DNA of 63,996 nucleotides, filler included, from Piptocephalis cylindrospora (GCA_003614145.1; 9 parts of 9 records of this genome joined end to end with filler, not necessarily neighbours in it); one strand, 5' to 3'; positions 10,700 to 23,116 are shown, counted from the whole stretch's first letter. Program-made: numbers and translations. Notes: a model not told the origin generated them from the letters alone.

Positions 10700-11226
10700 A
10701 GCCTTGGAGAATGCAAACAGGGATGAGGAGGGGGGGGAGAGGGGCAGGAGGAATTGGAGAAGAAGTTGGAGTGTAAACGATGAAGTTGATGGTGAGGCTC
10801 ACTCGCTTCTTTTATTCCTCTTCACCTTTTAAACAGGCCCAACTTTTCTTTTTTTGCTCATGTCTCTACTAGGATATGTGCCCCTCCCTGTCTCATTTAC
10901 AGTGGGGGAGAGGCATTTGAAAAGTTTGTGAGATGCCTTTTTTTTCTTTTTTGTCCCTTTTCCCGACTCTGCCAAACACTATCATGTCTGGACAATTTAG
11001 AGGTTTCTGAAGAGAATGTGAGTCAGAAATGAAGAATGAGTATATCTCGTTAAACGCAATCACATGCCCAACATTTCAGTGTTTACTAGCAATTGCATGC
11101 CCAAGTAACGATGAGGCTATTTGTTATTAGCAGTAGAAATTACCATGTCCATCATAACGCCGTCTTACTGAAAAAGAAGCATATACTTTCACAACGCACC
11201 TGACCTGCCCGATAACCCATCTGGTA

Positions 11227-14200
11227 TTAGCATCGTTCAAATATACGGTACAGAGCTTCTAGTCGGGTCAATGGGATGATAACCCCTTTGGTCGTGGCCA
11301 TCTCCTCTGTCCCCACCAAGCCCTTACGCAATTCCTCCATAATAGTGTGCTGCACCGTATTCCTCCACTGAAGTGACCCATCACCTCCTCCTCCTGTATC
11401 ATCCGATGAGGATTCATGATCATCGGGATCAGGGAGGTAAAAATCGGCTAGGGCACGACTAATACCTTCGAAACATATCCTCTCCTCAACCCAATTCACC
11501 TAGTGAAAATGAAAGCATAGTCATAGCCGTCGAGAGAGAGGTGCGCATTTTAGTCATTCTTTCTCTACATACGTCTCCCCAACCAAATCAGGCTTACCTC
11601 CGTGGCCAGGGCGAAAAGAAGTCTGGGAAGCCGATGCAATGGAGGGACGTAACCGCGCAAGAGCAGAGGGAGGGAGAGTAAACATGGAGGATCTTGGGTC
11701 ATTCGGATTAGAAAGTAATCTGCCAGCATATCACCCTTGGAAATTAGGAAATTTGTCAAAGCCTAAAAAGTGATGAGGATCAGAGGCGCCCAGGGTAAGA
11801 GTTCGATGAGCCATTCGTATGGCTTTCAGTACAATCTCAAGGACAGATCACGTAGAAAAATATCACTCACTTGGATGTCCACCTCAGAGTCATTTCTGGA
11901 GTCCGCCTCTATCTGTAGAAGCCCGGGAAGACTTGGAGGAGGATCCAAATTGAGGGTGCCAAAATTAGCGAAATCAAAGAGGCATCGCTGGTAAAAAAAT
12001 TCCCGAGCCACATGTTTGATATCCACCATATACAGGCCTGTGCCATATTGCAAAAGTACCCTAGACCGATCAAGGATACCGATGAAAGCATGTTTCTCAA
12101 ACAACTCTGTCACTTCTACTCTCAGAGCATCCCCCATGCAGGGTTTAAGGAATGCACGATTAGCTTGCGTGATTAGAATAGAGGAATTACAGATAGGCCT
12201 TCCCCATATATACAGGTCTTACCTGAGCGCTCCCTTTGATAAATGCATTCTCGCATTTCCAAAATACTCGTCAGCTCCACTACGGTCATTTTTGGTCGCT
12301 CCTTTGATTGATACTTCCTTCTTTCCTGAGCAACGACATTTCCATCCCCCTCTCCCTCCCCCATCTTCTCCTCCCCGGACCCTTCAAAAAGGGAAGCTTG
12401 TGAGAGAGGTCTCCTGTTAGTAGGGAGAGCGTCCTTAGGGGATGGCGTAACTGCAGGAGCCTCAAAAACCAATAGGCCCTCTTGTTGATTTTCGCTTTCC
12501 TTGTCATCTGTCATTTCAGCCTCTTCTTCCTTTAATCCATAAACACTTTGACATTGAGAAGTCTGGGAGGCTCGGTAGAGGGCCCCGTGTAAGGACTGAA
12601 GTCTTTGATCCGACCGCACTTCCTTGTTTGGTGCAGCATATTTGGCTAAAGTACGCAGTGATCGATGAAGGGAGAATAAAAATAGTTAGAGCTTCCCATT
12701 AGTATACTCTGCCCTGAACACTCCTCATCCTTCTCGATCTCGACTACAGAAATATATGACAAAGACAGGTATACTCACGTGCTGAAGATATTCGAGAGCG
12801 AGCAATTCCGCCCTCATTCATTTGAGGTTCAAGCTCCCGGCCTTCCATATCCATGAGTACAAGGGTGGCCTGTCGAGATCGTTTCCCCAAGACACTTTCT
12901 CCTCCATTCATGTTATCAACGACCCTCTGTGGTTTGCCCATGGAGAGGGGAAAGACACAGAATAGTAAGTAGGGCATCAATAAAATCAAAATGCAAAAGA
13001 AAAAAGCAAAGAAATACTCATCTCTCTTTCACCGTTCTTGATTTTTTACCCATCCTTGAACAGCCAACTCACCTGATTAATCTCTAGCGACTTTTCTTGC
13101 CCAGACTGAGCGATCAGCCGACCAATGACCATGGCTATTCGGGCGCAAATGGACTCTTCGTGCAGAAATCGGACCTCTCGCTTCGTCGGATGCACATTCA
13201 CGTCCACGGAGGAGGGTGGAAGGTGGAGGGAGAGAAAGGAAAATGGTTTTTTTCCTTTGGGAAGATGGGAGGCATATTGCGCTTCAATAGCAGATCGTAA
13301 GGGTGGACACTTGATCAATCGGCCTACGATCGACGAGGGGTATTTTAGAGACATACAGCGTCAGCACCAGAGAATGAGGACAGAAGCCCATTGTTACCGC
13401 GGACGACTACTTTCCCTATCCTTTATCATCGTCCTTACCATTGATGAAGAGAATGCATCGAGGCTTCCGTGGTGCTCCATCTGGACCGCTTACCATCCCT
13501 ACTGCCCTGATATCAACGGACCCTGGCCCGTCAGAAGGCCGCTCAATCAAGGAAAAAGGGTGCAATGTAATATCCGCCCCAAGGTCAGGGTAGACTGACT
13601 GAATGAGGGAGGCTGAGGGCGTCATCAAGTCCCGTCCCCCATCGACTTGGTCTGGCTCACTTGGGATCGTTCTAAGGGAGGCCTCACTTCCCCCTTGAGT
13701 ATAAATATCGGGAGCTACAGCCGATATCTAGGACCACCAAGGAATATGAGTACAGAAAATTGAGTTACATTCCCTTTGAGGTACCTTTATTTCCTCATTA
13801 CTCTCGCTATCCCCTATCTTCTTCCTAATACAAGTGAATCATACACACCTTCTTCAAATGAAAGGATACTCGAGGGTTATGGATGGCGTATCGAGACACG
13901 ATGTCCAGGATTCTTTGGTACTCATCTGAGGAAGAGCGGAACGCCTTTCGTCGTAGAGGGTTATTGTAAAACAGATCTTCTACCTATGTCATCCAATTGA
14001 GCATTAGTAAGGTGGCTAGGTGGTCAGTAAGGGGTCCCTACCCCAGGTAGTTCTACTTACTAGGATCTGAGTGCCGACATTCCCAGCACAAGGTCGACTA
14101 AAGGGTGGGTCCTGGCCCTTTGGTCCCCCTCCCTTGATAACACCATCAATAAAACATGCGCTAAGGCATTCGTAGAAGTTGAGGAATATGAGCGAATCTA

Positions 14201-14364
14201 CCTCTTAGCATCATTCTCCTTCCAACCTTGGACTCACCGATAAGCGCAAGTGGATCCAGGGATCCTGGAAGTGATGGTGACCTTGGAACATAAACTAATG
14301 CTTGCAAGGGCTTCTCCGCGAAAACCAAATGTCTGCATGTCCCGAAGATCCTCGTAACGCTCCA
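11227..14364 (-). CDS. MLH1: DNA mismatch repair protein MutL homolog 1; 5' end cut by contig edge; multi-exon
   Basis: [46 protein letters not shown] and the diagnostic C-terminal FERC. The exon junctions I traced in the N-terminal half are in frame. Confidence 0.95.
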
Positions 14365-14464
14365 NNNNNNNNNNNNNNNNNNNNNNNNNNNNNNNNNNNN
14401 NNNNNNNNTTAATTAATTAANNNNNNNNNNNNNNNNNNNNNNNNNNNNNNNNNNNNNNNNNNNN
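14365..14464. other. Artificial contig linker
   Basis: N44-TTAATTAATTAA-N44. Confidence 0.99.
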
Positions 14465-14792
14465 CTTCATTGACAGCACGTAAATACTGGTCAATTCCAT
14501 GGAGGATCTGGAGGGATAGGGCTCGATGAGCCCACATCCTGTCAGGATAAGGGGATAGGATAGGTCTAGTTGCCCGTAGTAAGCCGAAGAGAGACAATAT
14601 GTCTCCTTTTGCGTACATAGTCATACAGAAGTGGGGGGGGAAGAAAGCGGTATTCCGCGTTCAAAAGCATCCACATCAATGGTATGGACTCGCAGATCCA
14701 ATTTCCATTTTTCACTCCTTTGTCTCTCTTGGCCCACACCCACACTTTCTACTGCCCAGTGTTTACTAGTACTAGTACTATGACTACTTTTT

Positions 14793-15659
14793 CTACTGTC
14801 CATCAGGGAACCAGTGCTTGTAGGCCTGTTGGGTATAGGTGACGAGGATAGGTCGCTTTAGGACCATGGATTGCAGCTCAAGATCGGCAAGCGGAGCAGT
14901 GAGAATGGTGTGGAGGTAGGCAAAGGCGAGGCAATCGGCGAAGGTTGGGTCCGAGTTGGATCCCTTCTCCTCAGCAGTGGAAAGGAGCCATCCAGGGGCA
15001 CCGTCCTTGCCTATGACCAGCCGGTCCTCCAGGGCCCGCAGAGCCCGATCCGCTTCCTCGTACACCTGAGTCCGGGTGTAGACGGCGCCGCCGGGCCAAA
15101 TGCATGCTAGCTCCTTTTGATGGTCCAGTCTTCGACCCTCCATGATGGATCTTCGGACCACGGAGGGATAATGGGCACCGAGGCGCTGGACTACAACGGC
15201 AAAGTTGCGGGGCTCGCACCACAGATGGTAGAGGAGGGCGGGCTTGAGCTGGGTGGCGAGGAGGGTGGCAAAGGCCTTGGCCTCTTCACTCCTCCCCTCC
15301 CGGATGGGCTCCTTGCCCAACGCCTCGTCCAGGTACCCATTCAGCCGTTCCCCACTGAAGCATCGATGGTCCGGGGTGGCGAGGAAGGGGAGATGGCCGG
15401 TGGAGGAGGCCTCGGGCTCTGTGGTCCACTTTTCGGTAAATCCTATGCCCCGGGTACGGAACCAGACCTGCCACGAAAGGCACGAGGGGTCTGAGGAAGT
15501 GGGAGTTGAGGGGATCCAGCTTGGGCCTTGGATGTACAATCTGGGTTTCTCCACGGGCCACCGGGTCTTTTCCGGGGCGGGAACGGTCCTTAGGGGCAGG
15601 GCAGGGAGACCGAGTCTATCTTTCCAAGTGGTCGTGGTCTGGTCTTGGGATGCTTTCAT
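14793..15659 (-). CDS. Metaxin-2/Sam35-like mitochondrial SAM complex subunit (GST-like fold)
   Basis: DPSCLSWQVWFR, ASSTGHLPFL, LKPALLYHLW, ALRALEDRL, PTFADCLAFAYLHTIL; no C-terminal TM segment. First ATG at 15659. Confidence 0.8.
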   Translation of the reverse strand: MKASQDQTTTTWKDRLGLPALPLRTVPAPEKTRWPVEKPRLYIQGPSWIPSTPTSSDPSCLSWQVWFRTRGIGFTEKWTTEPEASSTGHLPFLATPDHRCFSGERLNGYLDEALGKEPIREGRSEEAKAFATLLATQLKPALLYHLWCEPRNFAVVVQRLGAHYPSVVRRSIMEGRRLDHQKELACIWPGGAVYTRTQVYEEADRALRALEDRLVIGKDGAPGWLLSTAEEKGSNSDPTFADCLAFAYLHTILTAPLADLELQSMVLKRPILVTYTQQAYKHWFPDGQ

Positions 15660-15972
15660 GGCTTTGGTTGGGATGGGCGAAGTGGGAGGAGAGAGAAGAT
15701 GGTGGGGTGTTGAGGAAGAGGGAGAGGACAACGCGTGTCATAGTCGGCCATAACAAGGCGGGTTGAGAGTGCCCACCAGTAAGGGGTGGAACATGGCGGA
15801 CCCATCTAGCACTCAATGTGCGGAGAGGACGGAGCCGTATGGATGAGAAGGGTGTGTTGATACACAATGAGGATCGCTGGGATCAAAAAAGGATCTGTCT
15901 CCCACTCTTCCTTCCATTCTCATCTCATTCCAAACCCATCCCCCCCTCTTCATAATCCATCTCCCTCTCGCT

Positions 15973-17133
15973 ATGAATGATCCCCTAGGACCCAGCATCG
16001 CCTCGGACTCCTCCACTCTCTTTCAAACCGATGCAGCATTGGACGAGGCAGAGAGGAGAAGTAAGCTAGCCAAGCTGGAGCTGGGGTCCCCAGTCAAGGT
16101 GGGAAGTAAGGTGTTGTGTATGCAGGTGACCAAGGGAGATATTGCGTGGGTGGGGTGTGCCAACCACACGGCTCGCCGAATCAACCTCAAGACTGGGACC
16201 TTGAACCGGGTGTACCAGGGGCATGGCGGTCCAGTCACGGCCATTGGCACAGGAGCCTCCGGGGAGCTGTACACCGGGTCCTGGGACAAGACGCTGCGAA
16301 AATGGGATGCGAGTACCCGGGAATGTCAGCGGATCTACCAAGGGCACACGGACTTTGTCCGGGCCCTTGTAGTGGCCCCACCCTTTCTGTACTCAGGATC
16401 GACGGACAAGACCCTACGACGCTGGCGGATCTCGGATGGTCAGTGCGATCGGGTGTTTGAGGGTCATACTCGGGGGATTGAGGCCATGGTACTACTGGAC
16501 TCTGGCTCTGAGTCCGAGGCCGAGGCCGGCGAAGACAAAACCCTGCTGTACTCGGCATCCTCTGACCGAACCATTCGGGTGTGGGATGTGGAGAGTGGGG
16601 TGTGTCTTCGGGTCCTGGAGGGACACTTGACCACCATCTACGCCCTAGTCCCCGGGATGGATGGGTCGGATCTATGGTCCGGGTCCGCCGACAAGGATGT
16701 CCTGCAATGGGACTTGACCTTGCCCGACGGCCCAGGTGAGCCGAATAAGGTGCTGCCCCCACATCCAGATGTGATCAAGACACTCCTAGTGACCGGGGCG
16801 GGAAGGTACTTGGTTACCGGAGGTCGGGATGAGTGTGTGCGTGTATGGGAGGTGAGTACGGGAAAGTGCGTGGGTCTCTTCGAGGGCCATTACGATGAAG
16901 TCGTGGCCCTGGCCTCCTCCACCCTCCGGGCCTCTCTCATCTACTCGGCCTCCCTGGATGGGACGATCCGACAATGGGAGTTGACCGATGCTGGTCTGTC
17001 CTCGAGTTCGCGTGCCCGAGGAGACGCGCTCAAGAAGACCCTAAAAGCGCCCAAGACCTCTGATACCGGATCAGGGGGTCTCATGACCGAAGAGGAGGAA
17101 CGAGAGCTAGCCGAGTTGATGGGATCTGATTAG
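15973..17133 (+). CDS. WD40 repeat protein, 386 aa
   Basis: About 7 GH...WD-type repeats; acidic C-terminus MTEEEERELAELM. Confidence 0.9.
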   Translation: MNDPLGPSIASDSSTLFQTDAALDEAERRSKLAKLELGSPVKVGSKVLCMQVTKGDIAWVGCANHTARRINLKTGTLNRVYQGHGGPVTAIGTGASGELYTGSWDKTLRKWDASTRECQRIYQGHTDFVRALVVAPPFLYSGSTDKTLRRWRISDGQCDRVFEGHTRGIEAMVLLDSGSESEAEAGEDKTLLYSASSDRTIRVWDVESGVCLRVLEGHLTTIYALVPGMDGSDLWSGSADKDVLQWDLTLPDGPGEPNKVLPPHPDVIKTLLVTGAGRYLVTGGRDECVRVWEVSTGKCVGLFEGHYDEVVALASSTLRASLIYSASLDGTIRQWELTDAGLSSSSRARGDALKKTLKAPKTSDTGSGGLMTEEEERELAELMGSD

Positions 17134-17160
17134 GAGGATGGGTGTTGAAATGGGGGGAGG

Positions 17161-17206
17161 GGGAAGAGAAGGGAGGTAATGGGAAGAGAAGGGAGGTAAT
17201 GGGAAG
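17161..17206 (+). repeat. 20-bp tandem repeat (2.3 copies) between convergent genes
   Basis: GGGAAGAGAAGGGAGGTAAT twice, followed by a partial copy. Confidence 0.85.
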
Positions 17207-17345
17207 CGAAGCGTGAAAAAAGAAAGGACGACGACTACATACACACACACACACACACATCCACACGCCAAGCGATGTAATGGCCATGTCTTTAGAAGAA
17301 ATCCCTCATCCAGTCATTCCATCCTCCCGTTCATCCCATCCCTCT

Positions 17346-18119
17346 CTACATGACGTACGGCTCAAGGGCCTCGTCGGTCCAATTGTAGAAGCCGCCGTTC
17401 AATTCCTGATCGGCGGTGAGGACAAGACGGGAAAGGACCTTGGCTACGAGGTCAGGAGAGCCCAACTTGCCATCGGCCTTGAGTCCGGTAAATTTGGCAT
17501 ACTCGGAGGGCTTCATAACCTCCTTGCCCTCCCGACGAATGTAATCCTGCATCCCAGTGTCCAAGACCCCAGGACGGATGGCCAGGGCGGTGATGCGAGG
17601 CTCCTCAGCGGCGATACTCTGGACGAGCATATTCGCAGCGGCCTTGGAGGCACTGTACGAGGACCAACCGGTGTAGGCATGGGTGGCGGCTCCGGAGCTC
17701 ACCACGAGCACACGACCACCACTGGTCCGGAGGAGCGGAAGGGCCCTCTGGGTCAGATCGAGAATGGAGAAGACATTAACGTCAAAGACGTGCTTCCAGG
17801 CCTGGACCGACACGTCGGCCACTCTTTCAATGCCACCCAGGGTCCCGGCGTTATGGACGATCCCGTCCAGTTGACCCCCAAACCGGGAGCGAGTTTGCTC
17901 GAGGAGTCGGGCCACGTCCTCTCCTCGGGTAATGTCGCCGGGAACGGGGAGGAAGTGGGTTTGAACCTCCTGGGGCAGGGAGTGGGCCAGGTCCCACAGG
18001 GCCTCGGCGGACCGGGCAAAGCCCACGACCCTGGCCCCCCTCTCCAAGAGGGCCTTGGCCGTGGCCTTTCCCAAGCCCATGGAGGCACCGGTGACGATGA
18101 TGACTTTTTGTGCGGACAT
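17346..18119 (-). CDS. Short-chain dehydrogenase/reductase (Irc24/YIR035C, sepiapterin/benzil reductase-like)
   Basis: TGASMGLG, HNAG, VSSGAA, catalytic YSASK, RPGVLDTGMQ. Confidence 0.9.
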   Translation of the reverse strand: MSAQKVIIVTGASMGLGKATAKALLERGARVVGFARSAEALWDLAHSLPQEVQTHFLPVPGDITRGEDVARLLEQTRSRFGGQLDGIVHNAGTLGGIERVADVSVQAWKHVFDVNVFSILDLTQRALPLLRTSGGRVLVVSSGAATHAYTGWSSYSASKAAANMLVQSIAAEEPRITALAIRPGVLDTGMQDYIRREGKEVMKPSEYAKFTGLKADGKLGSPDLVAKVLSRLVLTADQELNGGFYNWTDEALEPYVM

Positions 18120-18432
18120 GTGGATGGTGAGGAGGTGGATGGGGGGAGGAGAATAGGAATGAGGGGAGGGTGCCGAGCCCAGAGAAGGTAATAGGAGGGG
18201 TCGGTCTCAAGGGATAAGGAAGGAAGGAGGGTGGCATATGAGTAGGATCACAGATCCACATGGTCTTTATCTGAAACCACAGAGACTTGCAAGTGTTGTT
18301 TTAGGCGTCGAAGAGGTGTCTGTGCTTTCTACCTTTTTGTTTTTTACATCGTATCCTGCCGCCCTTGCTACTCCCGTCTCCTCATCCCTATAGATCCTGT
18401 CTTATAGTAGTACATTGAGTGCGCCCAGGGTT

Positions 18433-19966
18433 ATGTCTCAGCAACGACCGAGGGAGCTTCCAGGGCTTCGATATGACCCAGAGACGAACCGGTACTTTCG
18501 TATTCCTGCACGAGGAGAAGGGCCGCCTGGCAGAAGGCACTTTGAGGAGGAAAGGAAAAGGGTGGAGAAGAAAAAGACACCTGTATGGAAGGGAAGGTCC
18601 AAGGGAATACTGGGTTGTCTGCGGGCACGGGAGACTGGCCAAGGGGAATGGTTTCTCAGGGAAAGGTAAGAGTGGGTGAGGATCAGGATCAGAATGAGGA
18701 TCAGAAGAATAAGAATGGGGATAGGAGGTAGAGACTGTGTGCTGACCCACCCTTCTTGACATCATTATAGGATACAAAAGAGTTTTTGGTCGAGTTCTAT
18801 GATGACCTTGTCACAACGGGATGTCCTGTACAATGGGATAGAGAGCCCCATCAATGATTTTACGGTAGGTGTCTTGAGGGAGGGATGGAGGGCTCCACCT
18901 TCACAGGACAGAGCATTGAATCAGACCTTTTCCCGGGGTAGATTGGGACGGAGTTCCAGGAAGCATCATTTATTGGCCATGCCAACGGATGTCTTGAATA
19001 TCGATCAGGACGGGACGGGCTTCTGCTCCGCTGCGATCACTTGGGATTCATCACGTCGTGCACTCGAATGTCTCCTTCCTCCGCCTTGGTCACGCGCATT
19101 TCGGAGAGCTTTATGGCCGGTGACATGTCGCAAACAGCGACTTTGTACAGAAGCAGTGATCAGGGCTTATCCCACATCCTCCTCGATGATCCACAGATCC
19201 AAGGTCATAGCCAATGGACCAGCATCCCCTATGGGAACGGAGTAGCACTTGGTAAGTGGTGTGTTGGATAGGGTTGTGGCACGAGGAAGTTGCTGATAGG
19301 CCTTTGTATGGTGAGGATGCTGTAGGTGGAACTCATCGAGTGACCCTCTTTGATTGCCAAGAGTGGAGGACACAAGGTCAGATACGCTCCTCGGGGGACA
19401 TTCTCTCTCTGGCGGTCTTGGAGGAAAGGGAGGGGCTGCTCCTTGTAGGATCGAGGAATGGACAGATGAAGGGGGTGGATCCTAGGGTGAGAGCTGGCCA
19501 AGGGATCCTTTCCCTCCGAAAGCAGCCCTCCCCCATCCTCTCTCTCCTGACTCGCGCCTCCCTTTCCACGAAGGGAACGAGAGGAGGACTGGCGGAAATG
19601 GGATGTATTCTAGAGACGATGAAAGGGGATCTACAACAATGGGACCTACGCTACCCCTCCCAGCCCTTCCTGTGCTACCATGGACATGTGAATGATCACT
19701 CGGTGTACCAAGGGCTGACCATGGACCCCACAGGAACCATCCTCCTGGCCGGAGGGGTCGACGGGAAAGTGCGGAGATGGGCTGTCGGGGATGGCCAAGC
19801 CCTCGGTCCGGAGATCGCCCTTTCTCCCACGGGCCATCGCCATCCTCTGACCCATCTCCAGGCCCATCCGGACGGGGATGGGTTCTGGGTCAGCAGCGAG
19901 AACCCAGGCGGGGTAAAGCGGTATCGTTTGTCGACTAGAAAGGAAGCGGACTGGGATCGGGTGTGA
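18433..19966 (+). CDS. DCAF4/WDR21-like WD40 substrate receptor of CUL4-DDB1; 4 exons
   Basis: N-terminal ELPGLRYDPETNRYFRI and WDLRY...YHGHVN motifs. Exons ~18433-18665, 18771-18864, 18942-19251 and 19326-19966 join in frame. Confidence 0.75.
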
Positions 19967-20730
19967 GGAGGGATCATGGATGTGGCTGATGCGGTAGTAC
20001 AATGTGTGTATCATTGAGATGAAATACGGTGGTTGTTGGTGCTGCTGTTGTTTTTACACGTCATCCTTTCCTTATAGCACCATCGATTCGCCCATCATTC
20101 ATCCGGGTCTAGATGGGTGGAGCTGGGCATGTGCTGCTTGCCTATGGAGATGGAGGTGGGATAAGCAGTACTCTGTGGCCATCTCCGTATCCTGAGATTC
20201 ACTCGATGGGATGATTTGAATGGGATGTTCAAGTCAGGGAGAGGATCCCATGGATCTTTCAATGCCGCCCTCTCTTCAATGCCCAATGCAGATCATCCCT
20301 TGTCTCTGATGCTGATAAGACATGTCATTTTTAAGAGCATGCAAGAAAGGAGGATAAGAGGACGGGCTGGCCCTTTCTTGGAATGTGGACACCACTAGAA
20401 TCAACAGCTTCCACAAGCGTGTCAGTGCCGCCCCTCTCCCCCTCATACTATGATGAAAGACCGACTCCTCCTCGCGATATGACCATGTCTATGCTGCTAG
20501 AGTATAGCAGCATCTTCACGCTGTGTGCGCACCATCGACAGCCATATACACATAAATGTAGAGCAGAGAGGACGGGGAGGAGTGTGTAGACGCGCAGTAA
20601 GTAGGTGGGGGGAGGGGCATCAGCGTACGCTTGTGCAGACCTTGACACACACACATACATACATGCACGCATAGTTGGAGCGGGAAGAGGAGATAGATAA
20701 TGAGCCACCGCTACTATTATACGACTATCA

Positions 20731-20885
20731 GTAGTCGTGGTTGTGTCGTAGTCGTGGTTGTATTGTAGTCGTGGTTGTATTGTAGTCGTGGTTGTGTTGT
20801 AGTCGTAGCTGCAGTCGTAGTCGTAGTTGCAGTCGTTGTCGTAGCTGTAGCCATAGTGGTAGCTGTAGCCATAGTCGTCGTAGTC
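20731..20885. repeat. Compound minisatellite: four 17-bp units followed by degenerate hexamers
   Basis: GTAGTCGTGGTTGT(G/A)T(C/T) x4, then GTAGTC/GTAGCT/GTAGCC units. Confidence 0.85.
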
Positions 20886-20940
20886 ATCCAACCCCGCTCT
20901 CTTCCTCCAGCCTTTTCTAACCGCCGCCCAGATCCACACC

Positions 20941-20941
<1 letters not shown>

Positions 20942-20979
<38 letters not shown>
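20942..20979. repeat. (AC)n microsatellite
   Basis: Perfect AC run. Confidence 0.95.
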
Positions 20980-20982
<3 letters not shown>

Positions 20983-21560
20983 TACCGCCCCTTTTCTACC
21001 TCCGCCCAGATCCACACACATACTAGTATATACACCTTGTCCATCACACATCTCCCCCAGCCCGCCATCATCCGTACGCTCCATTCTCTGTGTATGTGAC
21101 CCACCGCCTCCCTTCCTCCCAATGTGACCCATACACTTCTCCCATACCAGCAGGTATGAGCATCGCTGCTATACGCCTAAATCATCCCAGCTCCTAACCT
21201 CTCGCCTTACCCCCCCCCCCCTTCGCTGTGCGCCCGCCCCCCCGCCTCCGACAAACCCCCCAGCCCCTCCTCTTTTCCTCTCCTCCACTCCAAAAGCCTC
21301 TCTCTCTCGCAACACTCTGAGAGTTCAAACCTTGACCACTCCTTCCTCTTCTTCTTCCTCCTTCTCCTCTTCCCACTCCAACTCCCACCACCCGTTCTTC
21401 TCTCTCCTTTCCCTTCTCCCTTCCTCCGCTGTAACCACCCCCCTTCCCCCCTCCCAAGAGCACATTCTTCTCCTCTCTCACTTGCCCTCGTCCTTGAGCG
21501 CATACATCCCTTCCCCACTCCACCCCCCCTTCTCTCTCACTCTTCTCGCTCGTGTGACCT

Positions 21561-21660
21561 NNNNNNNNNNNNNNNNNNNNNNNNNNNNNNNNNNNNNNNN
21601 NNNNTTAATTAATTAANNNNNNNNNNNNNNNNNNNNNNNNNNNNNNNNNNNNNNNNNNNN
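21561..21660. other. Artificial contig linker
   Basis: N44-TTAATTAATTAA-N44. Confidence 0.99.
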
Positions 21661-22303
21661 GTGTGTATGGGAAAATGGGAGAGGAAATAGAGGTATTCTT
21701 ACTCTTGTCGCTGTTGTATGGGAATAGGTGAGGCGGGGCGTGGTCATACGACACTCATTCCAGCAGGTACTCTATCGAATGTTTTGACCTTATCCCTCGC
21801 ATCCCCCGAGATGATCCGATGATGACGGAGAGAGAGAGTCAATGCTCCTCTTTCTCCCTGCGAAAACGACAGAGTGCATCGACAATGTCTCATGAGAGAT
21901 AGAGAATGTGAAAGTGTGTGGTTTGAACCCGCTCTCTCATCCATCTATTTTTAATTGTGGTCATGATCTTCCATTGAGGAATGAGAGGGGCTTGTGTGTG
22001 CGTGTGTGTGTATGTATAGGCGAAGGAGGGTGGAGAGAGGGGGATCACTCTGTCGATCCTTTGGACATTGCGCCATGTCAGTCATCTACCCTTTTCTCTT
22101 GGGAAAGGGAGATCTTCCTTCTTCTCCCCCTCCGCTTGTGCAGACACATGAATGAATGAACGGGGATGATTTCCCTCAAAACAGAGAATGACGCGCGATA
22201 GACACGTTTTTGATCAAGGACCATCACGTCGATTGACACATCGATGAACACTCTCCCTTCCCCCTCTCTCTCTCTCCCATGAGACACACAAGCGAGTCCT
22301 CCC

Positions 22304-22975
22304 CTACTGAATACTCACGAGCTCCACCTCAAAGATCAAAGGTTCGTTCTTGCCGATACCCGCCTCGACCAGTCCCTTGGATCCATAGGCCCAGTCGGAC
22401 TCGATGGTCAACTTGGCCTTTTCTCCCACCGACATGACCCGCAGTCCCTCGTCCCATCCACGGATCACCTTGCCAGCTCCGATCTTGAAGCGGAGCGGCC
22501 TCGTCTTTTTCTTCTTGCTCTCCACCAGGGAATCAAACACCTTTCCATTGCTGAGACACCCCGTGTACCACACAGAGACGGTGTCGCCCTTCTTGGGGAA
22601 ATTCACCTTGTCTCCCTTACGAAGAGTGACCTTCTTGAACTTGGGAGTCTCGGGGACCGCCGTCTCAGCCGAGGTCGCGTCCTTGTCCGCTTCAGAGTCA
22701 GCCGTGGCGGACTTGGTGTCCGAGGCCTTGTTCATCTCCTCCACAGGAACCTCCCCTTCCTCCCGGAACGACCCAGAGGCGAAGAGGTCCGTATAGGCCG
22801 AGATGAGTGCGGGCCGCTTGGCGTTCTTGGCCACAGTGGCCAGCTTTCCATTCAACTTTTTCTCCACAAGAAAGGCATTGGATGCATGGGTGTGCAAGTA
22901 GGTGAGGAGATCCTTTTTCGACACGGCATCTCCAGCCAAATCGGCATCCGACCAAGGCTGTTCTCTGGAAGACAT
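22304..22975 (-). CDS. FKBP3: FKBP25-type peptidyl-prolyl isomerase (BTHB + FKBP domains), 223 aa
   Basis: WSDADLAGDAVSKKDLLTYLH...FLVEKKLNGKLATVAK...LISAYTDLF (BTHB-like), then KGDKVNFPKKGDTVSVWYTG...GKVIRGWDEGL...SDWAYG with a basic KKKK loop. Confidence 0.9.
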   Translation of the reverse strand: MSSREQPWSDADLAGDAVSKKDLLTYLHTHASNAFLVEKKLNGKLATVAKNAKRPALISAYTDLFASGSFREEGEVPVEEMNKASDTKSATADSEADKDATSAETAVPETPKFKKVTLRKGDKVNFPKKGDTVSVWYTGCLSNGKVFDSLVESKKKKTRPLRFKIGAGKVIRGWDEGLRVMSVGEKAKLTIESDWAYGSKGLVEAGIGKNEPLIFEVELVSIQ

Positions 22976-23040
22976 GGCGAGTGGGAAGATGGAGGAGAGG
23001 TAGGGGAGAAGGGGCAGGGAGGGAAGGGGGTGGACCGATG

Positions 23041-23116
23041 CGTTGACATGGAGAGACACGTTGACATGGATAGAGGCACGTCGATGTGGATAGAGGCACA
23101 TCGACATGGACAGACA
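23041..23116. repeat. 18-20 bp minisatellite (4 units) upstream of FKBP25
   Basis: CGTTGACATGGAGAGACA / CGTTGACATGGATAGAGGCA / CGTCGATGTGGATAGAGGCA / CATCGACATGGACAGACA. Confidence 0.8.

Noticed and set aside
17280..18191. 303-aa ORF antisense to the SDR gene
   Set aside because: Shadow ORF in codon register with a GC3-rich gene; no recognisable motifs.
20448..21122. 224-aa ORF with YDY/TTT and CVCV repeats
   Set aside because: Translation of microsatellite and minisatellite DNA; no independent coding evidence.
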